Part shown: positions 14,221 through 25,985 of the stretch, one piece after another | Numbering within the stretch: the stretch's first letter is position 1 | Layout of the letters: every line of letters starts with the position of its first letter | Origin: Malacoraja senta | Taxonomy: Eukaryota | DNA: 64,000 nt | Direction: 5' to 3' | Assembly (NCBI GenBank): GCA_038087875.1 | Contig: JAXLNO010005853.1 | Location: 62,001-126,000 of the forward strand | Notes under the pieces: generated by a model | The model's input: only the letters and a program-made list of their open reading frames with translations | What the model was told of the DNA's origin: nothing | Database searches by the model: none | Made by a program: the position numbers and the translations under genes

Positions 14221-14446
14221 TTCTTGGAAAGTCGAGATGAGATTCGATTGAAGTGGACACAATAACAACTAGTTTTGAAGACAAGGAGACAGATTTAAAT
14301 TGTCATGAACATAAGCAAAAATGATGCAAAGTACATTTCATTAATCCAGGGCCTCACTGCCTGTGACGTTGGTAGATTCAAACAATGCTTCAGATAGAGA
14401 GATTGCCGATACTGCTGTTGTTGAATGAATATAAGATAATGATGAG

Positions 14447-15030
14447 TCATTGTACAGGAGGCAGACCCATAATCTGGTTGAGTGCTGCCAGAACAATGAT
14501 CTTGCTGTGAACTTGAGCCAAACCAAGGAGTTCATTGTTGACTTGGGGAAGGGAAAACCTAGATTCCATCAACCTGTTATCATTGGGAGCACGACAGTGG
14601 TGAGAGTGAAGAGCTTCAAGTTCCTGGACATGCACTTCACTGAGTTTTCCAGGGCCCAGTACATTGATGCAATCACAAAGTAAGCTCATCAGCTCTTCCA
14701 ATTCCTCAGATGTTTGAGTCACATCATCAAATGCACTATAACTTCTACAGGTGTACCGTGGACCATACTGACTGGTTACTTCACAGCCTCCTTTGGTAAC
14801 CAGAATGCCCCAAAAACCAAGGAGGCTGCAGAAAGACATTGCCCAGTCCATCATGGATTTCAACCTCCACAACAATGAAAGGACTTACAGGTGTTGCCTC
14901 AGGTGGGCAGCCAATATCACAGTTGCACAGAACACGGCTTGATCTCCTCTTGTTGCTACTGCCAGGTAGAAGGTACAGGAAATGTGAACCATTATCTCCA
15001 GGTTCAAGAAGACAATCTTACCATTAAACA
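14447..15030 (+). mobile_element. Rex1/Babar-like LINE RT C-terminal fragment (mirror at about 32405-32990, -)
   Basis: NLVECCQNNDLAVNLSQTKEFIVD..VRVKSFKFL resembles the Rex1-type WC..NNL.LN..KTKE.IVDFR motif. Confidence 0.7.
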
Positions 15031-15285
15031 GGTTGTTTTGATATCACTATAGATCTCCCTCCTGAACTGTGATTCAGCAATCCTGTTATTCATCCATAAC
15101 AGATCAGTGCTGAAGTTTGGTTGTGTTTAGGTTCATTGTTGCATCATCAGGCTCTTGAACCAAGACTGAGCACCAAACTATTGTGTACTTTGTATAAGGT
15201 TACACCAAGTACTTCAAATGTTATTCAAATGATTTTACCATGTATAACAAATATTGTATTATTGTTTGTTGTGAAATTATTATAT

Positions 15286-16314
15286 TAGCAATATTACAAA
15301 ATTTTGAGATTTTAAAAATAAAGTCTGCAATTTATCCCATCAGATAAAGCATAAAAATAAGTTTAATTTAACACTTAATTCACTTTCATATCTTCAGTAT
15401 TAAAAAAGTTATGGCCATTATCATACTCAGAAATTAGCATCTAGTTCCCTATTGCTTTTCCATTGACTTAACACAAAAGCTGTGATCGAGGACAGTTAAA
15501 AGCCGATAACTTTCTTAAAAATTATGATAACTGAAAGAAATTTTCAGTTATTATAGATTGAAGCATTCTGAAACAAATATGAAACAATCTTACTTCGAAG
15601 ACATGAAAGTAAAGCATATAATTAGTTAGTTACCTAATTGTAGCTAATTACAAAATTCAATTACTAGATCTAAACATCTATCAATTTCTTAAGAATAGAT
15701 TAACATTTTTTAAATAGCCTAAGTGTCCAAATAACATTCACACAATAATTCACAATATAACATAATTTTTAAATCTAATTTTCATGAATTTACAGGCCAA
15801 ACAGAAGGAATTGAATGTTTAATACCTGTAAATTAATGGGCATTTAATTCATCTTGCGAGTGAGGATTTCTGGAACGCGATCTTTTGGAACGTTCATTTG
15901 CGGTGAATTTAACCCCGTATTGGCATGAAAAATACTGCCGTTAATTCGGGGAATAAAATCACCGTGTCGCATGAAAAAATGTGAATTAAAGGCTTCTTAA
16001 GAAGCACTTTTATACATTTAAAGAAACCACTTTCGTTTACCTGTCCCGTGTGTGAAATCCGTCCCCGTTACCGGCGTTGACGCTTCAGGAGCTGCTTTTA
16101 AAATTACTCTAGCGCTGACATTGACGATTTAATAAAAATAAAAAATTCACAAAACGCCGGTAGGAACGATTTGTCAGCCAAGGCTTGTACTCCAACAAAA
16201 TATTAACCAAGACAAGGGAGGAGAAACCCGCCCCCCCTTAAAGGCGCCAAAATCGCGCACACGGCCAGTGGCAGAATTACACCGCGACTGAAGGTAAGTT
16301 TTGTAACATACCTA
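15286..16314. mobile_element. Shorter, internally deleted copy of the same 7-bp-TSD transposon family
   Basis: Ends are tagcaatattacaaaa and ttttgtaacataccta; exact TSD attatat at 15279-15285 and 16315-16321. Confidence 0.85.
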
Positions 16315-16494
16315 ATTATATGTTGCATCAATGTGCCTGCAAAGTTGCAGCAATGAATAATTGTATTGTTCTAACCCCAGTGCATATGACTATTAAACAC
16401 ACCTGACTGGTGTAATTTGGGGGATTGTGTGGAAAGAATGGGGGACTGGGACTGATGGATGTCAATGGTCAGACGGCTCTGGGGAATAGATAGA

Positions 16495-16866
16495 TTCCAG
16501 GAAGGCCAGGAAGCGAGCGGGCAAGATCATCTCTGACCCCTCTCACCCTAGCCACAAACTCTTTGAATCACTTCCCTCTGGAAGGCGACTCCGGACTGTC
16601 AAAGCTGCCACAGCCAGACATAAAAACAGTTTTTATCCACGAGTAGTTGCTTTAAACAGCCAAAAATCTGATGCCTCCCTTTGATCTGGTATTTTGTTGG
16701 TTCACATGCTTGATCAATGGTGTTTTATTATTAATGTTTAGTGTTTTCTGAGTAATTCGTAACTGTCACTGTATGTCATGTTGTTACGTGGGCGGAGCAC
16801 CAAGGCAAATTCCTTGTATGTGAATACTTGGCCAATAAACTTACTTACTTATTTACTTACTTACTT
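16495..16866 (+). mobile_element. Rex1-like LINE 3' end with (TTAC)n tail (mirror at about 30556-30945, -)
   Basis: KIISDPSHP.HKLFESLPSGRRLRTV..RHKNSFYPR, followed by AATAAA and a (TTAC)n tail. Confidence 0.7.
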
Positions 16867-17879
16867 CACAAGTACTTGTGGAAAGTTTCTTTCCTCCTGC
16901 TTATGATTCAAAAACCACAGGTCAGGGATTTGGAAAAAGTAGTCAGACATTCAGGACAGAGGTCAAGAAATTCCCTCCAAGAATGTTTGTGAACCTACTG
17001 AATTTTCCATCCCAGAGTTTAGTTTGTTGTCACCTGTACCAAGGTACGGGGTAAAGCTTTTATTACATGCTAACTTGTCAACAAAAAGACTATACATGAT
17101 TACAATCAAGCAATCCACATTGTGCAGAAGCTGTGGATAAAAAGTAGTTGAGTAAGTTCAAACTAAAGGTCCACAGTTTTTCTGGGTCTCATGGAGATCA
17201 CTGTCTGGGGGATCTCTCAGTGAATGAACAAGGTCCAGAATTAGCCATGATTTAATGGATGAGAGTTGGTTCGAGCATCTGTGTGCCTGACTCCTTCTCC
17301 CATTTCACGTAATAGTCGAAGCATTGTTTTAAGAACCCGGGACTACCCCTACCTGTTCACTAACACTGACTGAACAAATGCTGTCTCTCCAATCTGCCAG
17401 GGTCAATTTTGATTCTCTGTTTCACCATTCTACACTTAATGCTGCCTCGAGAAAGTAACCAACATTATCAAGGACAACTAATACCCTGACATTCTCACAC
17501 CCAGAAGATACAAACACTTGACAGTAGTTACCACCAGATGGAAGAACAACTTCTTACCTATTGTTAGAGTCTTGAATGGACCTCACAAATGCTGGGGTTG
17601 AATTACCCAATCTTCCAATCTACCGCGTTAAACGCTTGCACTATTCTTTAGTAGCGCTTTCACTGTAGCTGTCATACTACATTCTCCACTTTGTTTATTT
17701 TCTCTTTTACAGTGCCTGATGCACACATCTAAGGTATGATTCTTCCAACCTCATCTATTGCATTATGTGTCCCCAATGTGATGAATACTTGTGTTCAGTT
17801 TGCCAAGGCCTGCTGGAGCTCCTGGTTACCAAGCTTTTTAACTCCTCTTTCTGTTCCCACACTGACCTGACTGTCACTG

Positions 17880-18450
17880 GCCTTGTGTATTATCAGTGTG
17901 AGAGCAACGCAAACTGGAAGAACAGCAGCTCATGGTCAGCTTGAGTAGCTTATAACCCAACCGTATGAACACTGAACTCTCAAAGTTCAAGTAATACCTC
18001 CCCCCCCCCCCCCTACCAGCCCACTGTGTACACATTGCTCCCATTATCCCTGTCACACTGCTCCTTCTCCCGTATTCATCTCCCATCCTTGAATCCCATA
18101 ATTCCTTCTATCACAAGTCTTTCCCCTGCCCATCTCCCCAGGCCCATTCCACCCATTTACCTCCACCTTTACATTTTGTTTCCTTGTCTGACACCTTTTA
18201 CGTTTCCTTTTCACCACTTGCCATTATCACTGTCCATCCATCTGATAAGCACCTCCCCCGTGCCCACCCCCCACCTCCATCCACCTATCATTGGGCAAGC
18301 TTTGCCTCGTTCCCAACTTTCTCCCTACTACTCCATCAGTTTGAAGGGAACCGACCCGGATAATTGCCTGTCCATTTCCTCCACCGATGCTGCTTGACCC
18401 ACTGTGTCTTCAGCACTTTGTGTTTAGCTCATGGTTCCAGCATCTGCAGT
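17880..18450 (+). mobile_element. Penelope-like 3' end (mirror at about 28970-29540, -)
   Basis: RKLEEQQLMVSLSSL.PNRMNTELSKFK followed by the typical C-rich 3' region. Confidence 0.65.
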
Positions 18451-18917
18451 TTCTAGTGCCTCAATGGTATGATTTGTCTGGATAGCACTCGGAAAAATGT
18501 CACTGTATCTCAGTGCCCCAGACAATAATAAACCAATACCAATATCTGAAACTTAACTGGAGGAGACATAATATGTGACTATAACAGCAGGCCAGATGTG
18601 GCAATGACATCACCCCATTCCACAGTGACTGTACATCATGGTCAAGGCAGAAATGAGGAGTATGAGTGAAGATGGTTATCACAAACTACAGCAGGATCTT
18701 GATCAGTGGGGCAAGTGGGTTGAGGGATGGTTAATAGAGTTAAATTCAGTTTAGTGCAACGTGTTGTATTTTAGGCAGTCAAACCAGGGCATGATCTCCC
18801 AGTGATGTACCCAACAAGTCAGCAGCTTGAACAATTACCAGCCATGCCAGTATCATCGGAATCACAGGAAGCAGGGAGGAAGACAAATTGTTTGTTTGCA
18901 GCACAATAATTCCTCAC

Positions 18918-19298
18918 CTGATACTGTGATTTTCCCATGTTGGCATCCAAACTTTCCTGCATTTCCCGGGAGCTCAACACGACAGTTGAGGATCTTGTTT
19001 GTATCCGTCGTTCTCAGCTGATTAATGATTATGGAAGCATCGTTCTTCCGAGGGTTCCCCATTGGTTTGTAGCGGTTTTCTACATTATCCAGGATGTTAT
19101 TAATATACTTGCCGCTTGATCGATAATTTGTGTATTTGAAAAAGATCTTCTGGGTCTTCCACTCACTCCAGATGATGCTTATTTTGCCTTTGTATTGATG
19201 GTTAGGGTGAGTGAACTTGCAGTACAGAACCACCGGCTTCCCCTCCCTCCCCATCACATTGTCCGGTGTCTCCATGGTCCAACCGTTTATACTGTTGC
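18918..19298 (-). CDS. V-set exon 1' (left arm)
   Basis: Mirror of 28123-28503 with 4 substitutions by hand count, CRVE retained and splice sites intact. Confidence 0.85.
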
Positions 19299-19726
19299 CT
19301 GTGAAGACACAGAGATGTAACGTTAAGACTAAACTGAGGGCCACAGTCACTGTAGGAGGCTGCGCCCACCCTGGGTCCCTGCCCTTGTGGAAGGCGGTTG
19401 AACTGCGATGCTGCTGTGTTGTGTGTCACCCTCACCACGTGGTGAGCTGTGAGAAATGGGAGAGGTGGAACTGTGACACTAACAGTGGTTCCCCTTCTCC
19501 GGGCTGTGCTGGCTCTTCACTGGAGCCACATCTCTCACAGCTTTAAGCTGCTGTCCAGGAGAGACCTTGCATTTACATCACTTCCCTCACAGTCAGGGGA
19601 TGGTCCATAAAGCTTCACAGGTTTAAAGTGTTGGTGGTGAAGTAGCGATGGGAATGCAACAGGCAAGTAGTGCACAGAAAGATCCCACTAGGGAAGTACC
19701 TGACCACTGATCGAGGATGTACACAG

Positions 19727-19940
19727 CTGGCACAGTGGAGTAGCTAGTGGAGCTGCTAACTCACAACTCCTGGGATTCACAGTTTAATCCTGCCCTCGGA
19801 TGCTGTGTGTAGTCTGCACTTTCCACCTATAACTGTATGGGTTTCTCTTACTTAGGTTGTTTCCCACATCCCAAAGATGCGCATCGTTAATTAACAGACT
19901 ACTCTAAGTTGCCTTCAGTGTTTCGGTGAAGGGTCGAAAC
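19727..19940 (+). mobile_element. tRNA-derived SINE (mirror at about 27480-27695, -; related copy at about 54885-55080)
   Basis: ggcacagtgg..tttaatcctg tRNA-like head and cccacatcccaaagatg core. Confidence 0.6.
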
Positions 19941-21573
19941 TGGGGCTGTGGAGCCATGGATTGATTTTTGAGCTGAATTACTGCTCAATTCTTGTGATAT
20001 TCTAGTTGCTGTGCTAATCCACAAGAATTCTGGTTACTGCGATGCTCGGGACATTTTAATTACTGCACTAATTTCCATGACTTTCTCGTTTGTGCTCTAA
20101 ATGCTTGGGGCATTGGACCAGTTCTGCAGCAGGAAAGACGTCTCCAAGATCAATGGGTTGCACCTCAGCCACACTGGGACAATGTTGTAGTAGGGAGATT
20201 TATTGGTGCACGAGGAAGAGTTTGAGCCAAACAGGCAAAGTAATGGATCAGTATCTATTACTAGTGTGTGGCAACAGAAAAGAGATATAATGTGCACCAA
20301 GATTGTGAGTGGCAGATAGCAGGAAAGTAGTAAATATGTGAGTGAGCCTGGTTATTCATAGGTAGAAATATCTATATGGGAAAATGAAGCAGAGTCCGGG
20401 CAGGATCAGACATTTAATGGTCCTGGCTACAAGGTATTGATAATGGAGAGGGGAAGGGATATTTTAGATGGGGCGGTAATACTGATTGAGGAAAATTAGT
20501 ATTGGTTTATTATTTTCATGTGTGCTGAGATAAGCGAAAAATTATTTTGTGTGTTATCCGGCTAAATTGTACCATTCATGATTACATCACGTAGTGCATT
20601 AGAGAAAACAAATAGAGTAAAGAATAAAGCATTACACATACAGAGGAAGTGTCGTATAAAAAAATGTTTGTGGCCACAACAAGGTATATTGGAAGATCGG
20701 GGATTCATTCTTAGCATATGAGATGTTACTTTGAGAAAGGTATTATCCCTGGTGCAGGTTTTCACTGAACCTCACTACATGTGACAATAATAAACCAAAC
20801 CCAATTTGATTAGGATCAGAATCAACAACGAGAGCAACGACATTCAGAGCAACACAGGAAGCCATTCGGCTGTTCAAGCCTGGTCAACAGTCAATATGAT
20901 TATGGCTCTTAAACCCAAATCAATACAGAATTGAACTCTGTCCCCATTCCTTGCCCAGATTTCTCTAGCCCAGGAAAATATCCAGCTCCTTGCTGAAGAC
21001 AAGAGGTGGCTTGGCTTGAACTACTTTGAACTTGATAATTTCTATAGGTGCATTACACTCAGAATAGATATTTCTCATCAACTTTGCCTTTCTCACCTTT
21101 ATGCCAAGGACACAATGCCCTTCACCCCCTCTCAAGGGCTAATATCTTCATCCAGAAGTGTGGGTTTGACAACTAAACACAACCTCCCCAGCTGCTCTGA
21201 CACCAGCATTATAATCTCAAACCCATCCTTTACTGTATTGTAAAATGTTTGTATTAAATGTCTTCACACACACACATACTCCCTTTCTGGAAGACTGCCT
21301 CACCTTAAGTACAGCATCAAAAGATTTGATTACGCCATGGATAAATTTGTCACAAATGTAAGAAACCATATCTGATAGTAATCAGGTTCTTGTTAAATAC
21401 AGTTGTACCTCATTTGAACAAACATTTGACATGCAGAAAAACAAATTGCAGGAGTTCCTCAACGCGTTAGGTTGCATCTGTGGAGGCAGAGGGATGGTTG
21501 GCGTTTCATGTCAATACCCTACATCATCCCTCAATGCATCACCAAATATTTGATATGTGATACCGTGCATAAT

Positions 21574-22061
21574 TAGAAACATAGATAGAAACATAGAAAA
21601 TAGGTGCAGGAGGAGGCCATTCGGCCCTTCGAGCCAGCTCCGCCATTCATTGTGATCATGGCTGATCGTCCCCTATTAATAACCCGTGCCTGCCTTCTCC
21701 CCATATCCCTTGACTCCACTAGCCCCTAGAGCTCTATCTAACTCTCTCTTAAATCCATCCAGTGATTTGGCCTCCACTGCCCTCTGTGGCAGGGAATTCC
21801 ATAAATTCACATCTCTCTGGGTGAAAACGTTTTTTCTCACAGTCTTAAATGACCTCCCCTTTATTCTAAGACTGTGGCCCCTGGTTCTGGACTCGCCCAA
21901 CATTGGGAAAAAAATTCCTGCATCTAGCTTGTCCAGTCCTTTTATAATTTTATATGTTTCTATAAAATCCCCCCTCATCCTTCTAAACTCCATTGAATAC
22001 AAGCCTAGTCTTTTCAATCTTTCCTCATATGACAGCCCCGCCATCTCAGGGATCAATCTCG
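21574..22061 (-). mobile_element. CR1 LINE 3' fragment at the inner edge of the left arm (runs into gap)
   Basis: Mirror of 24734-25194. Confidence 0.9.
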
Positions 22062-22261
22062 NNNNNNNNNNNNNNNNNNNNNNNNNNNNNNNNNNNNNNN
22101 NNNNNNNNNNNNNNNNNNNNNNNNNNNNNNNNNNNNNNNNNNNNNNNNNNNNNNNNNNNNNNNNNNNNNNNNNNNNNNNNNNNNNNNNNNNNNNNNNNNN
22201 NNNNNNNNNNNNNNNNNNNNNNNNNNNNNNNNNNNNNNNNNNNNNNNNNNNNNNNNNNNNN
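22062..22261. other. Assembly gap (200 N)
   Basis: Run of N. Confidence 1.
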
Positions 22262-24375
22262 GGGGAGAGAGAGAAGAGGGAGAGAAAGAGAAAAGGGGAG
22301 AGAGAGGGGGAGAGAGGGGGGTGAAAGAGAGGTGGGGGAGAGAGATAATGATGGAGAGAAGGTGGGAGAGAGGGGGGACAGAGAGAAGGGAGAGAGAGGG
22401 AAGGGGAGAGAGAGGGGAGGGGGGTGGGAGAAGGGGAGAGAGAGAAGGAGAGAGAGAAGGGAGAGAGAGAGGGGGGAGAGAGAGGGGAGAGAAAGAGAGA
22501 AGGGGAGAGAGAGAAGGGAGAGAGAGGGGAGAGCGAAAGAAGAGGGGACAGAGGAGAGAGTGAAGGGGGAGAGAGAGGGGAGGGCNNNNNNNNNNNNNNN
22601 NNNNNNNNNNNNNNNNNNNNNNNNNNNNNNNNNNNNNNNNNNNNNNNNNNNNNNNNNNNNNNNNNNNNNNNNNNNNNNNNNNNNNNNNNNNNNNNNNNNN
22701 NNNNNNNNNNNNNNNNNNNNNNNNNNNNNNNNNNNNNNNNNNNNNNNNNNNNNNNNNNNNNNNNNNNNNNNNNNNNNNNNNNNNNAGAGAAGGTGAGAGA
22801 GAGAAGGGAGAGAGTGGGCAGAAGCGAGAGAGGAGGAGAGAGAAGGGGACAGAGAGGGGGAGAGAGAGGAGAGAGAAGGGAGAGAGAGAAGAGGGTAGAG
22901 AAGAGAGAAAGGGAGAGAGAGAAGGGAGAGAGGGGGAGAGAGAGAGGAGAGAGAGAAGGAGAGAGAGGGGAGAGAGGAGAGAGAGGGGGGGGAGAGAGGA
23001 GGGGGGAAGAGAGGAGAAGAGAGAAGTGGGAGAGACAAAGGAGAGAGAGAGAAGGGAGAGAGAAGAGGGGAGAGAAAGAGGGGGAGAAAGAGAGAAGGGG
23101 AGAGAGAGAATGGAGAGAGGGGGGGAGAGAGAGAAGGGGAGTGAGAGAAGGGGAGAGAGAGAAGGAGAGATGGGGATAGAGAGGAGGGGAGAGAGGGGGG
23201 AGAGAGGGAGAGAAAGAAAGAAGGGGAGAGAGAGAAGGGAGAGAGGGGAGAGAGAGAGAGAATGAGGAGAGAGAAGGAGAGAGAGGGGAGAGAGAAGGGG
23301 AGAGAAAGGAGAGAGAGGGAGAGAGAGGAGGGGGAGTGAGAGAGGGAGTGAGAGGGAGAGAGAGGAGGGGGAGAGATAGAGAGAAGGGAGAGAGAGAGGG
23401 AGAGAGTGGGCGAAGAGAGAGAGGAGGAGAGAGAAGGGAGAGAGAGAGGCGGAGAGGGGGGGAGAGAGGAGAGAGAGATGGGGAGGAGAGAGAAGGGGGA
23501 GAGAGAGAAGGGGGGAGAGAGGAGAGAGAGGAGGTTGAGAGAGGGAGAGAGAGAAGGGGAGAGAGAGAAGGGGGAGAGAGAAGGAGAGAGGGGGAGAGTG
23601 AGAGATAGGGGAGAGAAAGAGAGAAGGGGAGAGAGAAGGAGAGAGAGGGGAGAGAGAGGATGGGGGAGAGAGAGAAGGAGAGAGAAAGTAGAGGAGGAGG
23701 AGAGAGTGAAGAGAAGAGTGAGAGAGAGGATGGAGAAGAGGAGGGGGGAGAGGGAGAGAGGAGGAGAGAGAGGTGGGAGAGAGATAGGAGAGGGGGAGAG
23801 AGGGAGGAGGGAGAGAGAAGGGAGAAAGAGAGGGGGGGAGAGGTGTTGGGGAGTGTGAGATGGTGTGTGTGAGGTGAGAGAGGGGAGAGGGGGGAGAGGG
23901 GGAGAGGGGGGAGAGTGGGGGGAGAGATGGTGGGAGAGAGGAGGGGGAGAGGGAAGGAGAGAGAGAGGAGAGGAGGAGGGAGAGATGGGAGGAGTGTGAG
24001 GAGAGAGGGGGAGAGAGGAAGGGAGTGGAGAGAGGGTGAGGGGGAGATGAGGAGGGGGAGATGAGGGGGAAGAAGGAGGGAGAGAGAGAGGGAGAGAATG
24101 AGGAGGGAGAGAAAGGAGAGAGAGGAAGGAGAGGGAGAGCAAGGGAGAGGGGCAGAGAGAAGAGGGGGAGAGAGAGGAGGAGGGAGAAGGGGAGAGAAAA
24201 ATGAGAGAGGTGGAGAGAGAGGAGAGGGGGAAACAGAGGGGATGGGGATAGAGGAAAGGAGGGAGAGAGAAAGAAGGGAGAGAGGGGGGGAGAGGGGGAG
24301 GGGAGAGAGGGGAGTGGGAGAGAGACAAGGGGGGAAAGAGAGAGAAGGGAGAACGAGAAGGGAGAGAGGGGGGGA
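22262..24375 (+). repeat. GA-rich polypurine low-complexity tract (palindrome spacer), with a 200-N gap inside
   Basis: Almost pure G/A on the + strand; it is not mirrored by a TC tract. Confidence 0.95.
22586..22785. other. Assembly gap (200 N)
   Basis: Run of N. Confidence 1.
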
Positions 24376-25194
24376 GATGCGTGGCAGATGCAGTATAATA
24401 TAGATAAATGTGAAGTTATCCACTTTGGCGGCAAAAACAAGGGGGCAGATTATTATCTCAATGGGGGTTAGGTTAGGTAAGGGTGAGGTACAGCGAGACC
24501 TGGGTGTCCTTGTACACCGGGCACTGAAAGTTGTCGTGCAGGTACAGCAGGCAGTGAAGAAAGCTAATGGAATGTTGGCCTTCATAACAAGAGGATTTCA
24601 GTATAGAGTAAAGAGGTTCTTCTGCAGTTGTATAGGGCTCTGGTGAGACCACATCTGGAGTATTGTGTACAGTTTTGGTCTCCTAATTTGAGGAAGGACA
24701 TCCTTGTGATTGAGGCAGTACAGCGTAGGTTCACGAGATTGATCCTGAGATGGCGGGGCTGTCATATGAGGAAAGATTGAAAACACTAGGCTTGTATTCA
24801 ATGGAGTTTAGAAGGATGAGGGGGGATCTTATAGTTACATATAAAATTAGAAAAGGACTGGACAAGCTAGATGCTGGAAAAATGTTCCCAATGTTGGGCG
24901 AGTCCAGAACCAGGGGCCACAGTCTTAGAATAAAGGGGAGGTCATTTAAGACTGAGGTGAGAAAAAACTTTTTCACCCAGAGAGTTGTGAATTTATGGAA
25001 TTCCCCTGCCACAGAGGGCAGTGGAGGCCAAATCACTGGATGGATTTAAGAGAGAGTTAGATAGAGCTCTAGGGTCTAGTGGAGTCAAGGGATATGGGGA
25101 GAAGGCAGGCACGGGTTATTGATAGGGGACGATCAGCCAAAGGGTCGAATGGCCTCCTCCTGCACCTATTTTCTATGTTTCTATCTATGTTTCT
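24376..25194 (+). mobile_element. CR1 LINE 3' fragment at the inner edge of the right arm
   Basis: Motifs [10 protein letters not shown] and LGLYSMEFRRMRGD; ctatgttt tail. Confidence 0.9.
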
Positions 25195-25444
25195 AATTAT
25201 GCACGGTATCACATATCAAATATTTGGTGATGCATTGAGGGATGATGTAGGGTCTTGACATGAAACGCCAACCATCCCTCTGCCTCCACAGATGCAACCT
25301 AACGCGTTGAGGAACTCCTGCAATTTGTTTTTCTGCATGTCAAATGTTTGTTCAAATGAGGTACAACTGCATTTAACAAGAACCTGATTACTATCAGGTA
25401 TGGTTTCTTACATTTGTGACAAATTTATCCATGGCGTAATCAAA

Positions 25445-25936
25445 GCTATAAAGTTATAAAAAAACTTGATAACATATAATTTCATCATCACCCAGCACAA
25501 ATGCATTTTGGAATCCTTTTCATATTTTGCTTCTGGTTATAAACAAGGAACAATCTTGCTTCTTACTTCCTGGTCAACTTTCTGAGAATTCTGCAAGCTC
25601 TTTCTAATCAAGATAAAAGTGAAGTGCGGTGTGGACTTGAAATGTTGCTGGTGTATTTTGCAATGCACCACAGACGGCAGACAGAGGGTGAAGCCCTTGT
25701 TGCTGCTGTCAGTTCCACTCAGATACTGCAAAGACAAGGGCTGGGTGATTGAAATGCAAAGTGTCAAATTGACGTCCATTTGAAGCTGTCTGATAATTCT
25801 TGCAAAGTCTCTTGAGCCCTTTTACACTCAATGTTAACTGTAAAATTCAGAAAACTACAGGAAACAGCGAGGAGTCTCGGTTCTACTCAGCCAGTGGAAA
25901 GACTTACGGCATTTGAAAGCTCGACGAGAGAAGAGA
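25445..25936 (+). promoter_or_regulatory. Presumed promoter/5' UTR of the receptor gene, present in one arm only
   Basis: Non-repetitive sequence directly upstream of the leader ATG. It contains ETS-type ACTTCCTG (25565-25572), RUNX-type TGCGGT (25625-25630) and AGATAA; such short motifs are weak evidence. Confidence 0.4.
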
Positions 25937-25985
25937 ATGCTGTTCATTTTGCTTTGTGCCTTTGCACTGCCTGTCACCGCTAAAC
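25937..25985 (+). CDS. Leader (signal peptide) exon MLFILLCAFALPVTAK
   Basis: ATG at 25937 with A at -3, a hydrophobic core, a V-T-A cleavage-type motif, and a consensus GTAAGT donor at 25986. The 49 nt length gives phase 1, matching V1. Not shown in the ORF track because it is too short. Confidence 0.85.

Larger units (their letters stand above)
5203..19298 (-). pseudogene. Leaderless inverted copy of the Siglec-15-like gene (V1'-V4', C2/TM'); probable pseudogene or silent cassette
   Basis: Five exons mirror the right-arm exons with open frames and intact splice sites. The arm is contiguous at 21324/21325, exactly where the right arm has the 654 bp leader-bearing segment. Confidence 0.7.
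593..22061. repeat. Left arm of large inverted duplication (mirrors 24734-46701)
   Basis: Paired ORFs have near-constant coordinate sums (47295, 47374, 47370, 47436, 47421), and exons, TEs and unique DNA are all mirrored. Confidence 0.97.

Noticed and set aside
18026-18397. 123-aa Pro/Leu/His-rich ORF conserved in both arms (also 29024-29395)
   Set aside because: It lies in the C-rich 3' region of a Penelope-like element, and its conservation only reflects the duplication.
5203-19298. Absence of stops in the left copy as proof of function
   Set aside because: With about 48 differences shared between two lineages, only around one nonsense change is expected by chance.
21676-24585. Very long ORFs (969, 795, 760 aa) rich in S/L/P or R/E/G
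   Set aside because: They are translations of the GA tract that run through N gaps and CR1 pieces; polypurine and polypyrimidine strands lack stop codons.
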